Of a DNA stretch of 64,000 nucleotides, positions 50,615-62,426 are shown piece after piece (within the stretch, counting starts at the first letter, position 1; the number at the start of each line of letters is the position of its first letter). The notes below the pieces were generated by a model. It worked only from the letters and a program-made list of their open reading frames with translations. It had not been told where the DNA came from and made no database searches. Position numbers and translations under genes: made by a program. The DNA is from Octopus bimaculoides (Eukaryota): NCBI RefSeq assembly GCF_001194135.2, contig NC_068991.1, positions 7,365,174-7,429,173 of the forward strand. The letters are read 5' to 3'.

Positions 50615-53261
50615 AGGCGGTGAGCTGGCAGAATCGATAGCACACCGGGCGAAATGCTTAGCAGTGTTTCGTCTGCCGCTACATTCTGAGTTCAAATTCC
50701 GCCGAGGTCGACTTTGCCTTTCATCCTTTCGGGGTTGATAAATTAAGTACCAGTTACGCACTGGGATTGATATAATCAACTTAATCTGTTTGTTTGTCCC
50801 CTCTGTGTAGCCCCTTGTGGGCAGTAAAGAAATGAGAATTGTTAGTGTGCTGGATGCAAGGGTTTTTATTTTGCCCATCGCTATGTTCTAAGTTCAAATT
50901 CTGCCAAGATTGACTTTGCCTTTCACCATTTTGGGGTTGATAAATTAAGTACCAGTGAAACACTGAGGTCGATATAATCAACACCAACCACTTTACAGAG
51001 TCTACTGCATGCCTTCGATGTGCCACTGGCATGGGTGCATTTATGCTGCACCGGCATGAGTGCATTTTATGTGGCACGAGCACCTGTAAAGAACAAGCCT
51101 ATATGTAGAGATGACAGTGATTTTATTTAGCTTGACATGTTTCTCAAGTACAGTAAATCACTACATCTCCTGGACCCTAATCATTTCCTCAGTGTCTGAA
51201 GATCCTTTCTCACCACTTCGTCCCAGCTCTTCCTGGGTTTATCCTCTCCATAGGTTCCCTCCACAATTAGAACTCGGCACTTCTTTATGCAGCTGTCTTC
51301 TAAAATGGTAAGTTATTGTTCAAAGGCAGCTATTTCTAGTAGAACTGTTGGTCACATAATGCATTCCTATTGATGATAACTGAATAATTCTTAAAACTTA
51401 TATCATTAAATGTTTATTATAGCTGATTAAAATTTCTTCATTATACCTTTATCTTTCAGTATGGGGGCTGCAATAGCTGTACACACTGCTGTAAGGGCAC
51501 TGGTACCCTCTCTGGCTGGTTTGGTTGTTATTGATGTTGTTGAAGGTAAGGAGTTCTGCTTTTTATATTTTTGATCTTTTTCTTTGACTTGATTCAGTCA
51601 TTGGACTGCGGCCTTGCTGGAGCGCTGCCTTGAAGTACTTTTATTCTATCAGACTCTTTTGCTGAACTGCTAAAGTGCAGGACTATAAACAGACCAACAC
51701 CAGTTGTCAAATGGTAGTGGGGCACAAACACACACACACGACCGGCTTCTTTCTGATGACATCTACCAAATCTACTTACAAAACTTTTGGCAGCTACAGG
51801 TTAGGGTTGAAGATACTTGCGCAAGGGACCATGCAGTGGGACTGAATGCAGAGCCATGTGGTTGGGAAGCAAACTTCTTAACCATACAGCCATGCCTGCA
51901 CCTGACATGGCCACCACTTTCTTTACCAAATGTTACAAAGAATGTTTCATTTGACATAATTTAAAACATTGTTTTTAATTAAAATCACACAAATTGATGA
52001 AGACAATAGTTATATACAGTTGCTCATTAAAAATTATTTTGTTTTGTAATGAATCTTAGGTATTCTATATTTTTGTTGATTATTTCTTTTGGTAAAAATG
52101 TCATTGAAATAGTTAAAATAGATTGGCAAACAAAACTTATGTGGCTTTTCAATGAAGAATATAGAATTTAATTCCATTTGGTTTTAACACCATCACTAGG
52201 TACTTTGGTTACCTTTTGTGGAATCCACTCTTTTGCATTCAGGCCAGGTTTCTACCAACAACTTTGTTTTTTTAATAGTCCTTAAATTTTGGTTTCTAAA
52301 TTTTATACAGGCACAGCAATGGAAGCATTAAGCAGCATGCAGAGTTTTCTACGTGGACGTCCATCATTTTTCAGTTCCATAGAGGAAGCTATTGAATGGA
52401 GGTGAGATAAATAAATTTGTATTTTTCCTATATTGTTTAATGAATTTGGTTGCTGTGAATATTTTGTAAACAAACAACTTCTTGTCAACTGATGACTATT
52501 TATCCAACCTCATTTAACTCTTTAGCATTTAAACCAGCCATATCCGGCCCAAAATTTTCTACCCTTTTTATGTTTAAATTGGCCAAATCTGGTCTCTTAC
52601 CTATACCTAACACTGTCGTTCAAAACATAAGCAATTGCATCTCTGAAATCTCAAAGTTACAAGATAATGCATGACTAATTCAAACTAATGTGAATGAATA
52701 TGAATTACATTTGACAGAGTAATCTGAGTGCTAAAGGGTTAACAGTTCAAGCCATAATCGTCCTCATCCTGTCTTTTGTGGTTGTGCTGACCAAGGTTTT
52801 GCATGTGGTGGTGGTGGTGGCGGCGGAGGCGTAGTAGTAGTATATGAAAGGTATATTTTTACAAAAAATGCTTTATTATTTAATATTTTAATTTTTTTTT
52901 TTTAAATAAAACTTTTCACAATATAATTTAATCATTGCTGTTGGTTTTCCTTGTCATTGTAGTTTACGTAGTGGTCAATTACGCAACATTGAATCTGCAA
53001 AAATCTCCCTTGTTGGGCAAGTGAAACGGTAAGGAGTTATTTGTAATTGTTTCATTTCCTAATGAGTTTCTGTCATTTAACAGCATCACAAGTTTTGCAG
53101 TGTTAAAGGCATGTAAACGCATGTGATATCTAGGATAGTACAGCAGAGATTGTTAATCCTGATATTGATGTCAGATTGTGATGTGAAGCGGTGCATTTTT
53201 TTTTTTTTTGTTATATTAGTAACTTTTGCATTTTACCATCATTAAATACCTCTAAAGCTGT

Positions 53262-53293
<32 letters not shown>

Positions 53294-55524
53294 NNNNNNN
53301 NNNNNNNNNNNNNNNNNNNNNNNNNNNNNNNNNNNNNNNNNNNNNNNNNNNNNNNNNNNNNNNNNNNNNNNNNNNNNNNNNNNNNNNNNNNNNNNNNNNN
53401 NNNNNNNNNNNNNNNNNNNNNNNNNNNNNNNNNNNNNNNNNNNNNNNNNNNNNNNNNNNNNNNNNNNNNNNNNNNNNNNNNNNNNNNNNNNNNNNNNNNN
53501 NNNNNNNNNNNNNNNNNNNNNNNNNNNNNNNNNNNNNNNNNNNNNNNNNNNNNNNNNNNNNNNNNNNNNNNNNNNNNNNNNNNNNNNNNNNNNNNNNNNN
53601 NNNNNNNNNNNNNNNNNNNNNNNNNNNNNNNNNNNNNNNNNNNNNNNATATATATATATATATATATATATAAAAGGCAAGATGTGTGTGTGTGTGTGTG
53701 TGTACGTGAATGTAATTTATGCATGTCCACAAATTAGCACGCATGTCGCTCCAATTTTAGGAGGACATTCGTCATGACCGTAGCTGTATTTTCGTCAACT
53801 TATTTTTCCCAGAGGCACCAGCGAATAGTGGTAAAAATAAATTTTCAACCCAACTTTTAACAGTTTTCAAATCTGAGAAATCCACCATTGTTTGCAAACA
53901 TGAGTTAAGTCCCCTTCTAGCGACAAGTAAGTTTCTGTTAAGACTTGTTTTTTTTTTTTTTTTCCATCGAGGAAAAAAGTGTTTTGTCAATATATGAGCA
54001 ACACACATACGCGCGCACACACACACACACGTACACCTAATGCATACATGTTTTTTCTATGCATACATGTTTGTGTGTGTGTGATATCCTTCTCACAAAG
54101 GAATTTTTGGCCAATGCTAGTGTCACGTAACTGGCACGTAAGAAGCACTGTTTGAATGCTCACAGAAGCAGTGACAGGTGACTGAGACCTTGGGCAATAT
54201 ATCATGCTTGAGAAGGCCTGTCAAGCCAAGTGAGAATGTAGTCATGGCTGATGCCGGTGTTTCATAACTGGCACCTGTGCAGGTGGCACATAGGGAGCAC
54301 CCACTACACTCTTGGAGTGGTTGGCATTAGGAAGGGCATCCAGCTGTAGAAACCATGCCAAATCAGATTGGAACCTGGTGCAGCTCCCTAGCTTACCAGT
54401 TTTCAGTCAAACTGTCCAACCCATTCCAACATGGAAAATGAATATTAAATGATGATGATGATGGTGATGGTGGTGGTGATTGTTTATATTGAGTAAATTA
54501 CCCACCCAAAGACGATTAACTGGCTTAAATGGATGGTTTGTGGATTTCTTGATTTTTTTTTCTCAATAAATATCTACATTTACCACATACATTAAGGACT
54601 AAACATTTCTGTGTTTATTAGTGTCGATACAGGTGAAACAGCAACTTTTGAACAAGAGCATCCCTCGCAGGAAGTCAAAGCTGTAATGAAGCAACCTAGT
54701 GATACGATCGTCGAAGTGGACGAAGAGTCAAGTGACACTAGCCTAGAGGAAAGCAAGAGCGATTCTTCCAATATGGCAACTTCTACACCGCCACCTCCTC
54801 CTCCCCCTCCACCTCCTAATATGGCACATTCTCTTCCCGAAGTTTCTAACATGATAAATAAAAAGGTAACTCTGAATTTTTGTATCCATCAACAACAATA
54901 TTTTTTCTTAAGTATGTTTTTTTTTTAATATTTGGGAGATCTTCTGTATATTATGGAGACATGTACAATGTTATTTAAAATAAATCTTTTTATAGCTGTA
55001 TTATATTACTTTATCAATTTTTTTACAATATGAACTTATTAACTTGTAATTAATTAAGTTTTTTCATAATCCACATCATCATTTCTATAGTGAGTTTTCT
55101 AAGTTGTGGTTAACTGTTTGTGTCTTAAAACATCTTGATACATCTTCGCATCAATATTTATTCTATATATATGCCTCTGTGTGTTTATATATATATATAT
55201 ATATGTGTGTGTATGTATGTACACACATGTATGTAGAAGGTGATGAATGGGAAAACTCATTACTGAGCTGCAAAATATGCTTAGCAGCATTTGTTTCAAC
55301 TTTATGTAGTGAGTTCAGATGCCACCAAGGTCGACTTTGCCTTTCATCCTTTCAGGGTTGCTAAAATAAGCACCAGTTGAAGACTGGGTCTGATCCACTT
55401 AACATATCCTCACCCTCAAACTTGTTGGTCTTGTGCCAAATTTTGAAACTAGTATATACATGCATCCATACATATAACCCTGGGTAGCTGTAATTGCAAG
55501 ATTTTTGGTTTTTAATTTAAGTTA

Positions 55525-55557
<33 letters not shown>

Positions 55558-55763
55558 GTCCATCAATAATTGTTGATTAAAAAAATTTTTGTTTTGTAAA
55601 ATTGCAGAACAGCTCACATCAATATACATGGAGGATTGATTTATCAAAGACAGATAAGTACTGGTCAGGTAGGTAGTATAGTTGTGTGCTGTCTTTCATT
55701 GTATGCCTTTGCATCCTTTGAAGATTCATAAAATTTTTTAGCTTCTACTTCTTCAGTATTTAC

Positions 55764-55799
<36 letters not shown>

Positions 55800-58307
55800 A
55801 AATAATCACTCTGAAATCATTTGATCGTTGTTGTTCTTTTGATTTCCCTTCCACTCCCTCCCTCTCAACATCAAGCAATCCACTTTTGTGTCACAATGGC
55901 TAAGCAGCATTCAGACAAAAATAAATATAATTGAAACCTCTTTGCAAAGTTCAGAGAGCTCTTACCTCTGCAGGTGACAAAGGGCCTCTCGCTCAGAGTA
56001 ACAAGTAGACTGCATGACACAAGTGTACGAACAGCCATGCTACATGGCAGTGAAACATTGACCGTGACTGCTGAGGACATGCGTGAGCTCACAAGGAATG
56101 AAGCCAGTATGCTCCGATGGATGTGTAATGTCAGTGTGCATACTCGACAAAGTGTAAGTACCTTGAGAGAAAAGTTGAACCTAAGAAGCATCAGATGTGG
56201 TGTGCAAGAGAGACGATTGCGCTGGTATGGTCATGTGGCGAGAATGGATGAGGATAGCTGTGTGAAAAAGTGCCACACCCTAGCAGTTGAGTGAACCTGT
56301 GGAAGAGGTAGACCCAGGAGGACCTGGGATGAGGTGGTGAAGCACGACCTTCGAACATTAGGCCTCACTGAGGCATTGACTTCTGACCGAGACCTTTGGA
56401 AATACGTGGTGCTTGAGAAGACCCAGCAACCAATTTATTGATAATCAATTAATGATTTTTATATCTTTACAGGCTGGTTTAGAGGACTTTCTGAGAAATT
56501 CTTATCATGTAATGTTCCAAAGTTATTATTACTTGCTGGTAAGTTTTTACATTTGAAGTCTTTATTTTTATGATAAATAAATGTCTTAGAATATCTGTGT
56601 AGAGTGAAGAAATTTATAAACTAAACTCTTTTTATGGTTATTTTGGGCATGCCATTTTTTGTCTTTTATATGTTGTGCTTGAGAGGAAGGCCCATCAAGC
56701 CAATGTGGAAGATACTTGTGTCACGCATATGGCACCCATGAAAGTGGCACATAAAAGCACACTTTCAGCATTGGGCCTCACGAAGGCAAGGACCGAGACC
56801 ATATGGCATTAGGCTAGGCTTCAAGCATTGGGCCTCACGGAGGCAATGACTGAGTTCATTTGGCATTATGCTGTGCTTGAGAAGAAGAGCCATCAAGCTA
56901 AGTAAAGCTGCAGTCGTGTCAGATACTGGTGTCATGAAAATGGCACATAAAAGCACCCATTACACTCTTGGAGTGGTTGGCATTAGAAAGGGCATCCAGT
57001 CGTAGACACCATGCCAAAACAGACTGAAGCCTGGTGCAGCCTTCCGGTGTGCCAGCCTAGGCACAAGGCCCAAACGTTTGGGGTAGGGGGCCAGTTGATT
57101 AGATTGACCCAGTACGCAACTGGTACTTAATTTATTGATGAAAGATGAAAGGCAAAGTTTACCTCGGTTTGTTAAGCAAGATCTAGCCCAAGCTTATGTG
57201 AATAGGCTAAGATGAATTCAGAATGTACTCATTGAAACAGTCTAGATAGGAATCCAAAAAAGATACATGCTGTTACAAATGTCTCCTTCTAATTTAATCA
57301 ACAATTTTCAATCTGATTGTGTTATTAAAAGTTTTTTTTTTACATTCTTTTGTCCTTACTGTGTTTATTTTTTAATTACAGGTGTTGACCGATTGGATAA
57401 AGACTTAACTATTGGTCAAATGCAAGGTAATAGAATTAAACAAAATATTACCATCTCTAAATCATTGAACATCCATACTTATGATTATATGATTTGTGTC
57501 CACACACAGATAAATTATTAGATATTTTAGGACTGCTTGTTTGGAACATCTATCGTTTTCTATATTTTGAACAAGGGAGATGGAAGCATGGCTATGTGAC
57601 GAAGAATTTTGCTTCACAACTACATGATTTGGGGTTCGGTTCCACTGAATATTTTTTCGTGAAATTTTCTTAATATTTTTTCCAGTTATGACAAACTAAA
57701 GTTTTTTTTTTGTAATTTTTCAACAGGAAAGTTCCAAATGCAGGTTCTTCCGCAGTGTGGACATGCTGTTCATGAAGATGTTCCAGACAAAGTGAGAAAA
57801 TTTTTCGTTGCAATAATTAATAATCTTGAAAAAGCTTATTTAACATAGTAGGAGACAATGAAATCAGTAGGTGCAGGCATGGCAGTGTGGTTGAGAAGCT
57901 TGCTTCCCAACCATGTAATCTTGGGTTCAGTCCCACTGCACAGCACTTTGGTCTCATGTCTTTTACTATAATCCCGGGCCAACCAAAGCATTGTGAGTGG
58001 ATTTGGTCGACAGAAACTGAATAAAGCTCATTATGCATATATACATAAATACATACATACATCATCATCATCATCGTTTAACGTCCGCTTTCCATGCTAG
58101 CATGGGTTGGACGATTTGACTGAGGACTGGTGAAACCAGATGGCTACACCAGGCTCCAATCTGATTTGGCAGAGTTTCTACAGCTGGATGCCCTTTTTAA
58201 TGCTAACCACTCCGAGAGAGTAGTGGGGGCTTTTACGTGCCACCAGCACGAAGACCAGTCAGGCGGTACTGGCAACGGCCACGCTCGAAATGGTGTATTT
58301 TACGTAC

Positions 58308-58345
<38 letters not shown>

Positions 58346-61186
58346 CTCGCAAGGAATGAAGCCAGTATGCTCCGTTGGATGTGTAATGTCAATGTGAATA
58401 CCCGTCAGAGTGTAAGTATCTTGAGAGAAAAGCTGAACATTAGAAGCATCAGTTGTGGCGTGCAAGAGAGACGATTGCGCTGGTATGGACNNNNNNNNNN
58501 NNNNNNNNNNNNNNNNNNNNNNNNNNNNNNNNNNNNNNNNNNNNNNNNNNNNNNNNNNNNNNNNNNNNNNNNNNNNNNNNNNNNNNNNNNNNNNNNNNNN
58601 NNNNNNNNNNNNNNNNNNNNNNNNNNNNNNNNNNNNNNNNNNNNNNNNNNNNNNNNNNNNNNNNNNNNNNNNNNNNNNNNNNNNNNNNNNNNNNNNNNNN
58701 NNNNNNNNNNNNNNNNNNNNNNNNNNNNNNNNNNNNNNNNNNNNNNNNNNNNNNNNNNNNNNNNNNNNNNNNNNNNNNNNNNNNNNNNNNNNNNNNNNNN
58801 NNNNNNNNNNNNNNNNNNNNNNNNNNNNNNNNNNNNNNNNNNNNNNNNNNNNNNNNNNNNNNNNNNNNNNNNNNNNNNNNNNNNNNNNNNNNNNNNNNNN
58901 NNNNNNNNNNNNNNNNNNNNNNNNNNNNNNNNNNNNNNNNNAACCCATGCTAGCATGGAAAGCGGACGTTAAACGATGATGATGATGATGATGATGATGA
59001 GAATTCACAAAAGATGAGGACAGGTGGTGTAGAAAACAAACAGATGTATTAGTATAACGCTTGGGAAGTGGTGGTCAGAAATAAGGTAGTAATAAATCAA
59101 AAAACAAAAATAAACAAGCTTTTGACAGTTTTATAAATGTTTCAAAATTATGATGCTATGATGCTAGGTGTTTCCTTTATTTTGTCCAACCCCTGTATAT
59201 GTATATCTTTTTGCTTATTTCAGTTTAATGACTGAAATAAGCAAATAAGCCATGTTGGGGCACCGCTTTGAAGAATTTGTAGTTGAATGAATTGGCCTCA
59301 GTACTTTTCTTTTTAAGCCTGGTGCTTATTCTAACAGGAAATTTTTCATTATTAAAATTAACACATTACGGTCCTGTGGGAGTTTGGCATAGTGGATAAA
59401 AATGTGCTGCATTAAAGGTTTGTTAACAAAGATGTAAGTAAAGCTTATGTGAATAGGCCAAGATGAACTCATGTACTCATTGAGACAGTCTAGATAGGAA
59501 TCAAAAAGACATATCTTGTTTTAATTATAACTCACTTCAGATACATTTTTTTAATAATCCTGTAGTATTTATTAATTAGTAATAATCTTATTGACAGCCT
59601 ATTTCAGTCTGGGTTTGAATTTTATTTTTGAAGTTGAATTTTTATTTTGAAGTTTAATATTTAATTTATTTTTAATCTCTAGGTGGCAGATGTTTTAGCG
59701 ACCTTTCTTGTCCGGCATAAAATGGCAATCCCAATTGGTGATTTTGAAAGGTAATGTATTGATTGTATCTCATAGATATTTGGAACAGATTGTTAATATT
59801 TCTTTTGTTTCATGCATCTGTATTGATATTCTGCTTCTTTTCAAGTGGAAGAATATGGTTTCTTTAAGCCTTGAGAAAGGCAGCTATTTAAGAAAGTAGA
59901 TTAAAAAAAAAATGAAAAATACTCTAATCAATGCTGAGCCTTGGTGTTACATAGAATAGCAATTAATTATAAAACCATCTCTGAACCACATGAATGAAGA
60001 ATTGCCATCAACAAAACCAGTTTGTACCATTGTAGAGATGGTTTAAACCAGTGGTTCCCAACCTGTGGACCGCAAAGGTAGTTCTGGAGGTCTGTGAACA
60101 TGTTAAGCCGACAGATCTTTCAATATCCTGGGGTCTGTGGGAAAACTCATTTCAAGAAAAGGGGTCCTTGGTAGTGAAAAAGTTGGGAATCACTTGTTGA
60201 AACCATTGAGAATTGGACATTACTGTTTCTAGTTCAATGTTTGACTAATCCAAATTGACCCCTTTTTGGGTCAATGAAATAAGTATCAGTTGAGCAGTGG
60301 GATTGATGTAAATGACTTAACTATTCTTGGATAAAAGTATGAAAATGAACTTTACCCCTCTGCCTTGCTGTGCTAGTGTAGCAGAGTTGATCCCTCAAAC
60401 CAAAATGATCTAAGCTCAAATTCACAGCTTCCACATCAGATCATGGTTGATGGAGAGAACATGCTGAGGCCTTTGTCCTGTAGTAGATTGAACATGGGCA
60501 ATCCAGTCCATTCTAACCCAAGGCTCAGGTAAGTCTTCATTTAAGGTCTTATTCTTAGCCTCTTCTTTTCTTCATTTTCCTTTCAATTAAGGCAACTGTT
60601 CCTATCGTTCTATCATACTTTAACCACTCATCACTCTGCATAAAGCCAGCTCCCTGCCACTTCAGTTGAGGGGTCTTGTCTTGTGCCATAGAAAGAGCTT
60701 CCAGTTCACTCTGTAAAGTGTTTGGCAATTAGGAAGAGCGCCCAGCTGTAGAAACCACGCCAAAGGAGACAGTGGAGCTTGATGAAGTCCTCTGACCTAC
60801 CATCTCCTGTAGAACCATTCAACCCATGCCAGCATGGAAAATGAATGTGCTGCTGCTGCTATGACGATGATGACGACTATTGTCTAGGTGTTCAGTAGAG
60901 CTTATGTATCAGATTAACTTTATTCTCTTTGTATATTGTTGGAGTCTCCAGAAAAATTTGAAATCTAATGAAAAAGCTCAAGTCATAGTTATATATCAGC
61001 ATACCTCTTGAAAACATGATAGCACTAGTAAAGGAATTATGCCCAGCATATATCTAAATGAGATAGATCAGAACTCAAAATTGAGATTTACACAAAATAT
61101 TAGAGTGAAATTCCTTTGTTTAAAATTGTTGATTTTGTTTCTAGTATAGTTTTTATTTATTTTTCAGAACGTTTCCAGCTTGTTAG
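39402..61186 (+). CDS. PPME1: Protein phosphatase methylesterase 1 (PME-1). Exons 39402-39460, 43887-43989, 44366-44458, 45196-45253, 46986-47037, [one exon not found, probably in gap 49717-50577], 51460-51545, 52311-52401, 52963-53028, 54622-54865, 55608-55668, 56473-56538, 57382-57426, 57727-57791, 59683-59750, 61168-61186.
   Basis: RDYTPTTWDKYY, TFRVY...LLHGGGYSALSW, ALDLRGHG, SMGAAIAV...IDVVEGTAMEAL, YTWRIDLSKTDKYWSGWFRGLS, GVDRLDKDLTIGQMQGKFQMQVLPQCGHAVHED, C-terminus RTFPAC*. Phases are consistent at every junction found. The first exon assignment is less certain. Confidence 0.93.
42440..42666. mobile_element. piggyBac-like MITE nested in the tail of a SINE
   Basis: TTAA-ccctttcaatac ... 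gtaacaaaaagg-TTAA. Same family as 6395-6574 in opposite orientation, and it splits the host ...atggaaaatgaac|ttaaatg-gtgatgatg tail at its TTAA. Confidence 0.75.
43990..44365 (+). other. U12-type (minor spliceosome) GT-AG intron in PPME1
   Basis: 5' splice site GTATCCTTT (U12 consensus RTATCCTTT) and branch site tttcCCTTAAC at 44347-44357, 8 nt before the AG. Flanking exons join in frame (KN|TFRVY). Confidence 0.85.
44611..44984. mobile_element. Fold-back element: tRNA-like head + (AAT)n + Penelope-like tail with hammerhead-like motif, preceded by a deleted inverted copy
   Basis: Arms 44611-44695 and 44903-44984 are reverse complements. Central palindrome taaccactataccatataccc-gt-gggcatatggcgtagtggtta. 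CTAATGA-a-GGCTG-loop-CAGCC-GAAA at 44900-44931. Confidence 0.6.
45730..46385 (+). mobile_element. RTE-tail-related SINE/3' UTR repeat (family A) with tandem internal subrepeats
   Basis: Tandem gtgcttgagaagacccatcaagccaag units leading into ggagtggttgg(c/t)gttaggaagg...ccatgc(t/c)agcatggaaa...ttaaatgatgatg. Family A copies also near 990-1510, 3236-3520, 13035-13347, 21640-21825, 27190-27493, 29805-29975, 37080-37358, 40525-40700, 49402-49716, 54110-54480, 56670-57060, 58061-58305, 60700-60875, 61858-62095. Confidence 0.8.
46459..46514. repeat. (TA)n microsatellite (representative; many TA, TG, CT, GAT and TAC tracts occur throughout, several bordering gaps)
   Basis: Direct reading of the sequence. 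Confidence 0.95.
49717..50577. other. Assembly gap probably hiding a PPME1 coding exon
   Basis: About 860 N. The exon encoding the segment ending GH(S) is not found in the sequenced part of 47038-51459. Confidence 0.6.
50616..50833 (+). mobile_element. tRNA-derived SINE (family B), full length
   Basis: ggcggtgagctggcagaatcg...gagttcaaattccgcc...tttgcctttcatcctttcgggg...taagtaccag...ccccttgtgggcagtaaagaaat. Other copies near 3640-3860, 14120-14320, 20748-20960, 22882-23090, 25175-25360, 29140-29690, 31520-31645, 55240-55450, 57060-57165. Confidence 0.8.
52514..52742. mobile_element. Second piggyBac-like MITE family (TTAA target site)
   Basis: TTAA-ctctttagca ... tgctaaaggg-TTAA. Confidence 0.7.
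55940..56430 (+). mobile_element. RTE-clade LINE 3' fragment (C-terminus of RT ORF), truncated
   Basis: KFRELLPL..TKGLSLRV...MLHGSET...EASMLRWMCNV...VQERRLRWYGHVARM...GRGRPRRTWDEVVKHDL, typical RTE ORF end, one in-frame stop. A near-identical piece lies at 58345-58490. Confidence 0.85.
60041..60203. mobile_element. hAT-type MITE with 8-bp target-site duplication
   Basis: gtttaaac-CAGTGGTTCCCAAC ... GTTGGGAATCACTT-gttgaaac: 12/14 TIR match, 7/8 TSD match. Confidence 0.7.
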
Positions 61187-62393
61187 CCCTGTTTTGGTGT
61201 TGGATGTCAACATGAAGTCATTTTGATACAGTTATTGCCCTCTTTTCCAAACTACATTGATTTCTATTACTGCACTTCAGAACTGAAGTTCACTGCAGCC
61301 CTTTCACAAAGCTGTCCCCAACTGTGAAAAGCTTTTGTTCAAATAGTAACTTGATTTGACCCATAACAATAGATTTCCTCATAATTTATATTACCAAAAT
61401 ATTTCGTTGGTAATTTTTTTTTTTTTTTTTTTTGTTTGTTTGGAGTTTGTTTTCTAAGTGTTATATTTAAAATAAACTGCTGAAGATAGAACCATAATCC
61501 CCAACACACTGTAAAGCATTTTACCAGCTTTATTCCACATGAATGCAAGAAATACTATCAAAAGATTCTTTAATTCATAAACAAAAACTTTGACATTTTG
61601 GAAATTAAAGATGTAAAATAACCCACATTTTTTTTGTTAAATTATTATTCTGAAAAACCTATTCACTTATATTTTGTATCTAAACTTCATTATTATAGTT
61701 ATTTTGATATTTTTCATTTGTATTATTTTTATATCCTGGGGTGCCCCTTTGATGGGGGAGTTCATCACATATATATATATGTATGCATGTGTTTATGTAA
61801 TGTGAGATGATAGTTTCATTTTTAACAGTGAAACTATTATTTCGCATTACAATAACGTTTAACGTTTGTTTTCCATGCTAGCATGGGTTGGACGGTTCAA
61901 CCGGGGTCTGGGAAGCCAGGAGGCTGCACCAGGTTTCAGTCTGATCTGGTAGTGTTTCTACAGCTGGATGCCCTTCCTAACGCCAACCACTCCGTGAGTG
62001 TGTGGGTGCCTTTTATGTGCCACCGGCACAGGGGCCAGAGGAGGCTGGCAACGGCCACGATCGGTTGGTACTTTTTACGTGCCACCAAGGTACATTTGAA
62101 TGGGCTGGGGCTGGTTATGCGAAACTGGTGTAGGATACAGCTTTGAACTTACTTTATTTGCTGGGTTTTCACAGTCACAGCATATCTCCAGAGGTCTCAG
62201 TCTATCGTCATTGTCTCTGTGAGGCCCAACGTGCGAAAGAAAGATAAGGCTGGTCTATGGGATTACACTGAGTTTCACAGGCTTAGGATTTGATGATATG
62301 CAGTAAACCTAAGTGCTTTATGGACGTGAAACCATAGACTGACCTTATCTTTCTTTATCTGTCTGACTGTCCGTCTGTCTGTCGATCTGTCTG

Positions 62394-62426
<33 letters not shown>

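Noticed and set aside
51253-51308. Exon-like segment (ccatag|g...tg|gtaagt), phase 2-2, as candidate for the missing PPME1 exon
   Set aside because: It translates to FPPQLELGTSLCSCLLK, with no similarity to the expected DVG.VV...LIGH segment, and would remove the catalytic Ser.
51460-51480. PME-1 nucleophile elbow reads SMGA rather than SMGG
   Set aside because: The G-x-S-x-G core would be retained and Asp/His triad motifs are intact, so this is a minor substitution.
1183-62146. Recurrent short ORFs such as [16 protein letters not shown]..., MKPDG.TRLQS..., ...[10 protein letters not shown]
   Set aside because: Translations of the dispersed family A repeat in several frames, not a gene family.
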